Shown: positions 49,546 through 59,436 of the stretch, piece after piece
Layout: each line of letters begins with the position of its first letter
How positions within the stretch are numbered: the stretch's first letter is position 1
NCBI GenBank assembly: GCA_002189035.1
Contig: NEEC01000004.1
Location: 5,518,001-5,582,000 of the forward strand
Reading direction: 5' to 3'
Source: Utricularia gibba
Taxonomy: Eukaryota; Plantae; Magnoliophyta
DNA length: 64,000 nt
The notes under the pieces: model-generated
Database searches by the model: none
What the model was told of the DNA's origin: nothing
The model's input: only the letters and a program-made list of their open reading frames with translations
Made by a program: the position numbers and the translations under genes

Positions 49546-49992
49546 ATGGCGCAATGGATTGGAAGGGCTCTCGGTAGAAGCAACAATGGGTTCAACAGAA
49601 ACAAGGACTGCAACGGGAATGTAGCAGAAGCTCCAGAGGATCTTCCTGATCCGCAGCAGCAGCAGCAGCAGCCACCCGTTAGAAAGAATCGGAAGGAAGT
49701 TTCTATTTTTGGAAATTACAGAAACTACTACGGATACAAGGTATCACTTGCCCAGAAAAAGTCCTTGTTTCTTTTGTACAAAATTTCCTATGGATTGGTG
49801 ATTTTGAGTTGATTCGTGTGGTTTTGGTGTGAGATTATCGAAGCTATGTTGCATGGTAGCTAATTCGTTTCCTTGACAGTCTGAGCGTCTCAAAATGGGT
49901 GCATTTAAATTAGGGAGATGATGGATTGATTACATTATTTTGGCGAGCATGGAAGCTTCTTTCTCCAGTATTCCCCTTACTGAACTATTTAT
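49546..49992 (+). pseudogene. Truncated BIN3/MePCE-like methyltransferase copy
   Basis: Exon 1 nearly matches 53612-53801; 844-bp internal deletion removes exons 2-4; TGG>TAG stop at 49911-49913; 3' exons absent. Confidence 0.88.
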
Positions 49993-50160
49993 TTGTCCGT
50001 GGCTCCTCGAGTGATGATGTGTCCCTTCCTGTGTTCAGATTCGCTGGGGAGGATCTGGTCGGATGGCTGTCGTCTTAGCCATCAACGCATCGCATCCACA
50101 TGATCACACTCAAGTTCATTAATACACAAAAGAAAATTCCTAGAAACATATCCATATAAG

Positions 50161-50533
50161 TGTTGGAGTGAAGTGATGCAACTTGATTCTGGAACAGAAA
50201 CTACATGAGGACGACGATGAAGAAGCAAAATTGAAGCAGGGATCAACCGAAAAACAGGATCAATAATATTGAGTAAAGATTCGTTTTGATTGATGAGAAA
50301 AATTGAATACAAGACTCAGAGATATATACTAGAAATTAGCCTAACTAGATGCGAGAAAGATGCATCCACAACTCACTAACAACTCCCAAAAGTGGAGTGG
50401 AAAAAACTGCAAGTAGTTGAGAGAAATCTGGGAGGTGGGCTCACTACTTCTACTCTTCTTTGACACCACATGCATATGAAAGAATAATGACCCACGTCCC
50501 TCAGTTTATGGAGAGTACTCAGTTTCTCCAACA
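50161..50533. mobile_element. Solo LTR (373 bp), 5-bp TSD ATAAG
   Basis: TGTTGGAG...CTCCAACA termini; ATAAG at 50156-50160 and 50534-50538; absent from unit A near 46259. Confidence 0.85.
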
Positions 50534-50811
50534 ATAAGAAGAAGGTATCTCTGGGCTGCTCCCTTTCGAGACGGAGTGAAGGTGGAATTTGAGACCTGGA
50601 AGCAAGAATCTATTCCGCAGACTGGGGCACCAGCTCATGGAGCGCATGTTGAAATTTGGAGCAGCAACAACTGCTGTGTCTGAAAAAATGCACACGAATA
50701 TTTCTTTCTAAAACAAGTTACAAAAACGGGCTGCCTGCTGAGTGAGGAGGGGGGTCTGGGCTCATGCCTCAGTCCCATCACCCATGCTTGGAAACAGAAG
50801 ATGGCGCCTAT

Positions 50812-51176
50812 TGAAATAAATGGTCAGCCGAGTGATAAGGAAGAATGAAGAGATAAGACTGATTGGAGTAATAAGGAGGCTGAGCATATTATGTTGGAAT
50901 GTGCTAATCACCTAATGATTCATGCTATCCCTCATATACACGATGAAGTTGAAAGATGCCATCTCTATCCAAGAAGATGGGGGTTATTTGATGCAAAGAT
51001 CTCAACGGCACCAACAATTAGGAGATTATATTCAAATCTTCTCTAATATTTTAGGAAATAGTTTAGGACCCTTAACTAACGTTGACCATCTTTTTCTATT
51101 TAAGTTGTATCATTGTACACGCTCCGTGTGGTGAAGAAATCAATTTGCTTCTTATCCGGTTGTCATTCATCGTCTT
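50812..51176. mobile_element. Second ~365-bp insertion unique to unit B, candidate TSD CCTAT
   Basis: Absent between GGCGCC and GCCCAGC in unit A (~46520-46530); CCTAT at 50807-50811 and 51177-51181; begins TG but does not end CA. Confidence 0.45.
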
Positions 51177-51779
51177 CCTATAGGCCCAGCAGTGGCATGG
51201 GTGAGAATTAGTTGGCAATGCGATGGGGAAGACTTGGTCGACGGTGGAGTCAACCACTTTCCTCAACTCACTAAATGAGATGGAGCCGCGACAGTAGCCT
51301 TTCCTCCAAAGCATCATTCATTATCCTACGCCCATCCCTCAAACCATTAACATCTTCCACATTTTTAATTACAAATTTTACTCACATCACTTTTAATTAA
51401 GAAAAAAATCCGCTGAAACATGTGTTTCGTTATCCATCATCAATTCCATTACCCCAAATGTGATACATTTTAGGGTTTGTGGTTGTGAGTGGAGGAAGAT
51501 CGTGAATTTGGAGTCCGCGTGGTGATTCTAATCCACAATCCCTAAACTTGGGTTGCATTATTAGGAAAGCAAGCAAACGGAGAGGCGGATGACTCCAGCA
51601 GACAAATTTCAGAAACTTTACAAGGAGAGCAAGCAGAAACACACATCTGGACCATAGCTGCTTATTCATTTCAAAGGACGATTGAGCATGAAGTGGAGCA
51701 TGGCTGCTTATTCTAGGGTGAGGATGCCCACGTTCCCTTTCCCTCCACACTACGGATGCAGCTGAAGCATGGATCTTTC

Positions 51780-52682
51780 TTAGGAATTACCCAAGGAACC
51801 CCCCTGGATTATATCAGCAATCGTTTCGCTGGCGAACACTCTGGCTAAAAGCCCAGTCGCCAATCCCAGGCCCAATATGCTGCCAGCAGTGGCCGCTCCA
51901 GCCACTGGCCGCGGCGGGAGAGGAGTGTAACTGGGCCACATCGCCGGATAGTTTCCGTAATGTGGAGGAGGCTGCGGAGGATGTGAATACCACGGCTGGG
52001 GGTGCATATTATAGCTGCTATAATGTGGTGGAGTTTGGTGGTAAACTCCGTCCGGTGGCGGTGGGTACTGATGATAAACTCCGAGTGGTGGCGGTAGGTA
52101 TGGAGGATAAACGACGACGTATGGATAAGCTGAGTTGTATCCAGTTGAGTATGGGGGCACGCTGCGATGATTGGGTGCTGACACGTTGGTCGAAGGTACT
52201 GGAGGTGGATAAAATAAACCTGAATCCGTCAAGGGCGGAGCTGTGGGTGCGTCGGCGATAGTAAACTTGTAGGTGAAATAGATTCGGCCTTCATGTTTGC
52301 CGTCGGGCTTTCTCACAGGAAAACTGGTCATCCTTTCCCCTTTGGTTTCACTTTCATACAATTTTGCTATGGGCACGTTGACTTGGCCGATCTCTTCAAC
52401 TTTGTCGGACTGATTCCGATGGCAAACGAGTTTTAAATCCAGCACAAGACAATTCATCCGCACCTCCTCCTCGCCCACATTAAACTTTATCGGAATATTC
52501 CAGGTGAGGCTGGCGGCGTCTTGGCCTATTGCCGCCATTGCGAGGATCTTTGGATTGGCTGGTTTGTCCCTGCCGGAGATGGTAACCTCCGCACAGACCT
52601 CGGCGCAGTTGAAGAGGCTGGCTGCGTTCAGATCCTTAGCTTTCTGGAGCGTAATATCCAGAACACGGTGACTGGAAGCCAT
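51780..52682 (-). CDS. SRC2-like C2-domain protein, copy 2, intronless, 300 aa
   Basis: N-terminal C2 domain, Pro/Tyr-rich middle and Gly-rich hydrophobic end (AGSILGLGLATGLL), the SRC2 architecture. Confidence 0.85.
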   Translation of the reverse strand: MASSHRVLDITLQKAKDLNAASLFNCAEVCAEVTISGRDKPANPKILAMAAIGQDAASLTWNIPIKFNVGEEEVRMNCLVLDLKLVCHRNQSDKVEEIGQVNVPIAKLYESETKGERMTSFPVRKPDGKHEGRIYFTYKFTIADAPTAPPLTDSGLFYPPPVPSTNVSAPNHRSVPPYSTGYNSAYPYVVVYPPYLPPPLGVYHQYPPPPDGVYHQTPPHYSSYNMHPQPWYSHPPQPPPHYGNYPAMWPSYTPLPPRPVAGAATAGSILGLGLATGLLARVFASETIADIIQGGSLGNS

Positions 52683-53291
52683 CTTGTGTTGTCACCTGAG
52701 GCTGTGGGTGATCGACAGAGAGGACACATTTATAATGAGTGGCACTCCTCCATCATTCTGTCCAAGGCCTTGGCGAAGGAAGCCGGAAGCCGCCGCGGGG
52801 GCCTACCCAGTCTTGTTAAATATTGCAAAACTCGGTCATCTACCGTGTGGGGTGCGTCGTCAAATTCCCGAGGACTCCGTCCGCCCCCGCCGACGGGAAA
52901 TTATATTTCTTTATTTTAAAACGTTATTCTCGATATATTTTTTTAATTTATACTTGGAATTCATATGGTCTGATTGGATGATTTCTCTTCGAAAAATGGG
53001 ATTTCTAAATACTCATACTTTTATAATTATTTGCAATATTCTTTATTTGTATTTTTTTAGTATTTTAAATACTATGTGATGATAAAAAAAATAAATTAAA
53101 ATTCAGTTGGTTGTATTTTGATAATATGAGAATGCAAATTTGATGTGGAAGTAGGTGGGGTAGAAGACCTTGAGTCAACCAGACACACACGCACAAATGG
53201 GACCAAAAGCCGTTGGCTGGATGGCGTTGCTGTACCTCCCCTTCACTCACCTGCCGCCAAGTGCCAATCTTGGACAAAATTTAGGCAAATT

Positions 53292-53312
53292 AATAATAAT
53301 AATAATAATAAT
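53292..53312. repeat. (AAT)7 microsatellite, unit B only
   Basis: Read directly; not present at the equivalent unit-A position (~49320). Confidence 0.8.
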
Positions 53313-53611
53313 TGTTTCATAATAAATCGAGAATCAGAAATTTTCAAATGTAAATAGAATTGGACGGGCCAAGAGGCCCAAAACAGTCTTTCCGCAGGAT
53401 ACAACTGATTGGCTCTTCTGGCCCAATAAAAGACCCGATGCGCCTATTTCCAATGGGCGGAGCGTGCCACAGACCTGGTGCAGTCGTACGTTGAACGACG
53501 GCAAAGTAGGAGCGGCCAACCAGCCGAATCCTTGTTGTCTCAGACCAGCGTGTGTATTCTTTTTTACGTTAGAGCCACAAGCCCTCACCTTTTTTTTCAA
53601 AGCGAAATCCA

Positions 53612-55340
53612 TATGGCGCAACGGATTGGAAGGGCTCTCGGTAGAAGCAACAATGGGTTCAAGAGAAAGAAGGATTGCGATGGGAATGTAGCAGAAGCTC
53701 CAGAGGATCTTCCTGATCAGCAGCAGCAGCAGCCACCCGTTAGAAAGAAGCGGAAGGAAGTTGCTATTTTTGGAAATTACAGAAGCTACTACGGATACAG
53801 GGTATCACTTGCCTAGAAAAAGTCCTTGTTTTTTTTTTGTACAAATTTCCTACGGATTGGAGATTTTGAGTTGATTCCTATGGTTTCCGTGTGAGATTAT
53901 CGAAGCTATGTTGCATGATGCTTTATGTAGAGGAACAAATGCTGTCATTTAAAGCAAGATGTTATCTCCTTCAAATGTGATACATGTTACCCTCTCAATA
54001 TGTGGATGCATTTTGTATTCTAAAACACGCGGCTGAAATGTAAAGGGCTTTCAGACGTAACCGAAGCTAAGTTATCATGCTTCCAGGTTGATCGTGATGT
54101 GGATGAAGACCCTAGACTGAGAGCGATGAAGAGAGAGTGGTTTGAGGATAAGGATTGCCTTGACATTGGATGCAATAGTGGCTTGATCACAATTGCTATT
54201 GGTAAGCATCTTTTCGTTACATGTAAATGCCAGCTTTCTTTCATGCATTAGTACTAGCTCTAAGAGCAGTGTTATCTCTTGGTGCTTACTCGTTAATGTT
54301 ACTTGTATGTTTTCTCTATTCCCTCCTTACTTTGCTTGTTGCTCATCACAGCAAGGAAGTTTGGTTGCCGAAGGATTTTTGGAGTTGACATCGATGGAGG
54401 TAAACCTTGTGACTGAAATCCGTCCAGTTTAGGTTTATTACTTCACTTGGGTTGCCTCGTCCTCTGAACTAGTGACATCTGATCATGTAAACAGCACGAA
54501 TTAACGATGCACACTGGGAACTTCAAAAGGTTGCAAAGATGAGCGTGCACCATAGATCAGATGATGCAGACGTGGTCAAACAAGTGGCGGACAAACGAGA
54601 AAAATCAGGGAGTTTTCCTGAAAAAGATTTTCTTAAAGTTGTATATTTCCAGAGAGGAAATTTTGTTCAGAACTGGCAACCACCTACTGGCACATGCTAT
54701 CATGCGATTCTCTGGTAGCCATTATTCGCCTACGTCGTATGCTTGTATTGCTTGTTGCATGGTAGCTGATTTGTTTCTTGGCAGTCTGAGCGTCTCAAAA
54801 TGGGTGCATTTAAATTGGGGAGATGATGGATTGATTACATTATTTTGGCGAGCATGGAAGCTACTTTCTCCGGTATTCCCCATAATGAACTATTTATTTT
54901 TCCCTTTCCACGCCCTCCTCAGTCCTGCCTAGCTTGCTGGAAAATAACGTGCTTTTTCTGTAGGGTGGAGTTTTCATCTTGGAACCACAGCCATGGAGCT
55001 CGTATCATAGCAACCGTAAAGTATCCGAGGCATGTTTCTTCTCCATATCTTCTCATTCAGGCATAAGGGGATAATTATATTGAATGTTCATGGCTTTTCA
55101 CAGGTAGCAGCATCAAACTACAAAACCATTCAAATACGTCCCGAAGATTTTCAGGAGATACTTCTGGATAAGGTGGTTGCTTTCGTCCTATAAACTCTAG
55201 TTCCATCCAAACTATTGCTTGAGTTAATTATAAGCCTTTCTTGGTGATAGATTGGATTTCGAAGGGTCGAAAGCATTAATTCAGCCGTATTCGGTGCAAA
55301 GGTTGGATTCGACAGGCCGATTTTAGCCTTCTGGAAATGA
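53612..55340 (+). CDS. BIN3/MePCE-like RNA methyltransferase, 8 exons
   Basis: FGNYRSYYGYR, CLDIGCNSG, GVDID, LSVSKWVHLNWGDDGL, FILEPQPWSSY, GFDRPILAF; one GC donor at 55030. Confidence 0.9.
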
Positions 55341-56129
55341 TTTGGTCTCGGTTTTTTGGAAGTGTGCATAGTTACCGAGATTCCATCAGAGGATATCTAT
55401 TGTACCCTGTTTTCAGTGCCTTGAATACTTCAATTTTTCCTTGTCAAATATCTGCTTTTTTCAAAGAAATCATAAGTTTGCACTGCACAAAAACCGTGCG
55501 TTCAACAACCATCCCATCAGATAACATCCATCAAACACCCCAGTTTCTTTTCCACTTGTGTTTTATAATGGAATTACAGCAAATTCTTTTGGATTCAAAT
55601 GGATGATGGATGCCAGCCTGATTGCCGTTGCTTTGGGCTCATAGATGGAAGATATTCCAAGGTGCGTATTCAAATTGCTCATCCACTGTTTAGTTAAGCT
55701 AAAAAAAGTTGGAAAACCAGGGGAAAGAAAGTTACAAAAATGCTTAGAAGTGACTAGAATGTTGAAGTCATCGTTTCTCATGTAGCTGTTTATTTGTTTG
55801 CCCTTTTGCACAGTACCATATAATTCAAGCACATGTATGTGGGGTTTTCTGCCCCACCATCCACTAACTTGATCACGAATTTGACGAAGTCCTTAGTTTC
55901 TTTTGACATCCAAGCCCGAGGGCAGCTGATGGTTCTTTTGATCTTCCATTGGTTTCTCTTATTATTAGAAGAAAAACTACCCGAAGATGGTGGGATACAT
56001 TTACCGAGTGGTGTATCTTCTTTTGATATCTTCCATTCATACCAAACAGGGGAAGCGGACATCACCGCTACCGCAACTTGCTATGTACAGTACAGTCGTA
56101 CAGTGCTTTGATTTTTATTGAGAGAAATA

Positions 56130-57439
56130 TCAGGGGATGATCTTAGTGAACTCCAGGGCCTTCTTACCCTGAAGCTTGGTGGTGACATAGTGTTTGCTGT
56201 ACTCTCCGTGATTGTATTTTCTGTACTTGCAAGGATTTTCTTCGTCCACAAATTCTTGCATCGGCCCGATTTCGACTTCATAACTTGGAGCATAGAAAGT
56301 TACAATGGAAAGTCTGTCATTTTGCTCATCTGTCATCGCTCTATGCTCAACGCTCTTGTATTTCCCATTCGTAAGAACCTGTACAGGTGCGGTGCTCAGT
56401 ATGAAACTTCAACAGAATTCGTGAAGAGCAGCATCTCATAATGTGTTTTACCTCAATGGTATCACCAATATTGATGACCAAAGCATTAGCAATGGGCTGA
56501 ACTGGCACCCACTTTCCATTTTTAAGTATCTGGAGCCCCACCGAGTTTCCTTTTCCCTGCTGCAGAACAGTGAGAGCACTTCCATCAGAATGCGGGCTGA
56601 GTCCAAGGACGAGATCTGGTCGTGGGCATGGAGGATAGTAGTTCATTCTTATGGCTTGAACCGGTAAACCAAACGTCTTGTCGAATGCATCGTCGTTTAA
56701 GCCGAGGCTGACTGCAATGAGCTCAAGCAACCTCTTGCATAGCTTCCTGATTTCTTGGGAGTATTCATCAACAGTTTGACTGTCAAATAGAAAAAAGCAA
56801 GGTTTGAAATGGAAGCCTTGAAAGCAGAGGGAAAAAAAAAAAGAAAAACAGAGAGGGATTCATTTCCTGAAGTCATGTGGTTTTGCAGGCCATAGTTTTG
56901 GGTTCCTGATGAAGTGAGGCTCCAGGCCAAGAGCAAACATATTGCACCAATCCAGCTTCTGATCCTCAGAGAAAACGAAAGCCTGTCCGTATCCCTGAAC
57001 AGTCCCTGGAACCATGGGGTACTTGTGCTTCTCCTCCAATGGCAACCTGAAGAACTCCATGGCCACCTTTTCTATCCTCTCAAGCAACTCCAAATCAACC
57101 CCATGATTGATCACCTGCGTTTAAAGTAAACAGGTTTTGGCATGCTCAAAAGGAAACAGAGACGTAGAGAGAAGGCAGGACCTGGAAAAATCCCCATTCT
57201 TGGCAAGAGATGGAGAGCTTCAGTATCTCAGCTGAGAACTGGTCCCCGTTTCCTGCTCCTCCTGGTGCAGCAAGTTTGGATAAATCGATAACTGGAAGGG
57301 AGAAAGACTCATCGAAACACGGCTTCTCGATCAGGCCTCTGATGAATCTCTCTGGAATCTGAGATTCATTCTTCCTCCTCAGCTCTTGGACATCATAAAT
57401 GTGCCCAACGTTGACACCTGCAACTGAAGCTGGAGCCAT
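56130..57439 (-). CDS. LBO1: 2-oxoglutarate/Fe(II) dioxygenase, LATERAL BRANCHING OXIDOREDUCTASE-like; 4 exons
   Basis: PGTVQGYGQAFVFSEDQKLDWCNMFALG, RMNYYPPC...LSPHSDGSALTVLQQ, HRAV...RLSIVTFYAP, KLQGKK closely match Arabidopsis LBO as recalled; the second donor reads GA as written. Confidence 0.88.
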
Positions 57440-57735
57440 AGCTCACCGCCGTCTGGAGAAGGAATGCTGCTCTTCTTTCTCAGCCTGCCCAGTCTGCTGA
57501 TTGGGAACACTATTTATAGAATCATTGCCCATGCCCGCATCATTATGTTGATGCCGTTAAATAAAATAATTGAAATTTTTATCATCCGGAATTCTGGTTA
57601 CACGTGGGGAATGGAACGGGCCGGCCCCGGCTGGGCCGGTGGGTTTATTTTAAAGACTTCGGATTCGACCGCCGAATACGGAAATTGTGACTGCACCGGC
57701 CCTCTTGCTCCGGGTGGGCGGGAACGGCGGTTAAG

Positions 57736-58654
57736 ATGGAGCAACTCACCGAAGAGGAGAAAAAGGCGCTTAGAGGGAGCAAATTCGCTCCTCTTCCATC
57801 TATTTCCAAACCAGTTGGAAGAATCCCCAGGTTTGAAATTGTTGAGCTTCCTTCTGTAGACGGAATTAGGGCTTTTCTCATTGCAATTTTCGCACTATAG
57901 TTGAAGATGCATGCATCTGCTTACCTTCTGTTGAATTGTGTTCTCGTCTTGTGATCGTTCGTAGAGTTTGTTTGAAACACGCTTTCACTTCTATGAATAA
58001 TGGCTGTAGGCAGGCACATCCAGGTGGGCCATTGAAGACGAACAAGGCAGCTGCTTTGGCAAAATTTCTTGAAAGGAAACTTCAGGAGCCCAATGGCTTG
58101 GCTTCCATCGATCCGAATCTTGTCGAATTGGCTGTCAAAAATGCAAAGCAAACAGTTCAATGCAGTACGTGCTTGTTTTCATTCTCTCACGTTGAAAGCT
58201 GTTTATATTCTCTCTTATATTCGGCTATTAGCTGCGCATTAGCATTCTTGTTATGCTCTTCTATCTGGGCATCTTCAAATTCTAGAAATTATCTTGTCGT
58301 CCTTTGTGGATAGAAAGCTTTTGTTTCTGCGATGCACCTCCTTGTGGCTTTCTTATATGTAACCAGAGATTTAACATCTATGCATTTGTTCATACAGGTG
58401 GAACTTCAGCCTCAGGAAAAGTCATTCATCACTTCGATTCCTTTGATGACATTGAGGTGTTTAGCATGAGATTCTAAACCCGATTTTGACACTTTCCTCA
58501 CTGTTCTACTCTCTTTACCCTTGCATTGCAAAACTTGGTAGGAATCGGATGCCAGGGATAATCTTGAAAAGCCCATGGCTACCAAGAAGAAGAAGAAAAT
58601 GAAGAAGAAGAAGAAAAATAAGAAGAAAAAGAAAGATACGAAGGTTGAAAGTTG
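57736..58654 (+). CDS. Small uncharacterised conserved plant protein with Lys-rich tail; exons 57736-57830, 58010-58164, 58397-58457, 58541-58654
   Basis: MEQLTEEEKKALRGSKFAPLP|AHPGGPLKTNKAAALAKFLERKLQ; GT-AG junctions join in frame; poly-Lys end. Confidence 0.75.
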
Positions 58655-59436
58655 ACACTCCATTCCTTTTCTTTTCCTTCCCCTACTGTTGAATCAGAGT
58701 GAGTAATGCCTGCAATCATGCTGTCTGTTTATGATGCACTGCGCCAGAATTGATCCTTATCATGAGCATTCGATGTCATTTCTGTAAAATCAATCTGAAA
58801 ATCCATTCTCCCACCCCAAGAAAACAAGAGCGAATCATTTTGCTTCATCCGATGTGCTCTAACATGTTATATGGAAAATCTCTCAAGGTCACAAGTTTTA
58901 CTTGTTTGTTCCCGCCAGTTGTTCAGGAGCACACCCACGAAAGTTGTCTCCTGCTTTCTGTGTAGATCCGATCCTCTCGTGGAGCAGAACACTCATACTG
59001 TAGTATAGTGTTACCCATACATTAGTCATTCAACACAAGGGATAAAATGGAGGTCAGCTACATGTTACTGAACATATCATACATACGTGGTAGCTGGGCT
59101 ATGACTGTCAGGAGGCAGGTTTGGGTTTGGACTCGAGCCAGAGCGGGTGGGGCTGCATCCAGTTTGGTGTGCATTCAATAACAATAAGCACAAGGCCCCT
59201 GCCCCCACTTCAAAACACCATTTATTGCATTCAACAATGACACAGGATGCACTTTTAAGCTCATCATGATTCTCTCAAACGGACACTAATCCAGAGTTGA
59301 AATGAACAACACATACAGCCTCACTTTCCTTCCAAGTGGCAACAACAACCTCAACGTCTAAGCACAAAGGAACACAAAATTCGAGATGCGAATAAACACG
59401 CTGTCTACATTGACAAGGGGCGCAACTAACCCCCCT

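Larger units (their letters stand above)
46098..54898. repeat. Tandem direct duplication: unit A 46098-49992, unit B 49993-54898
   Basis: Both units start TTGTCCGTGGCTCCTCGAGTGATGATG, contain a minus-strand SRC2-like gene, and end in BIN3 sequence ...GAACTATTTATTT. Confidence 0.9.

Noticed and set aside
54352-54399. Suspected frameshift in BIN3 exon 3
   Set aside because: On recount the exon reads in frame (RIFGVDIDG).
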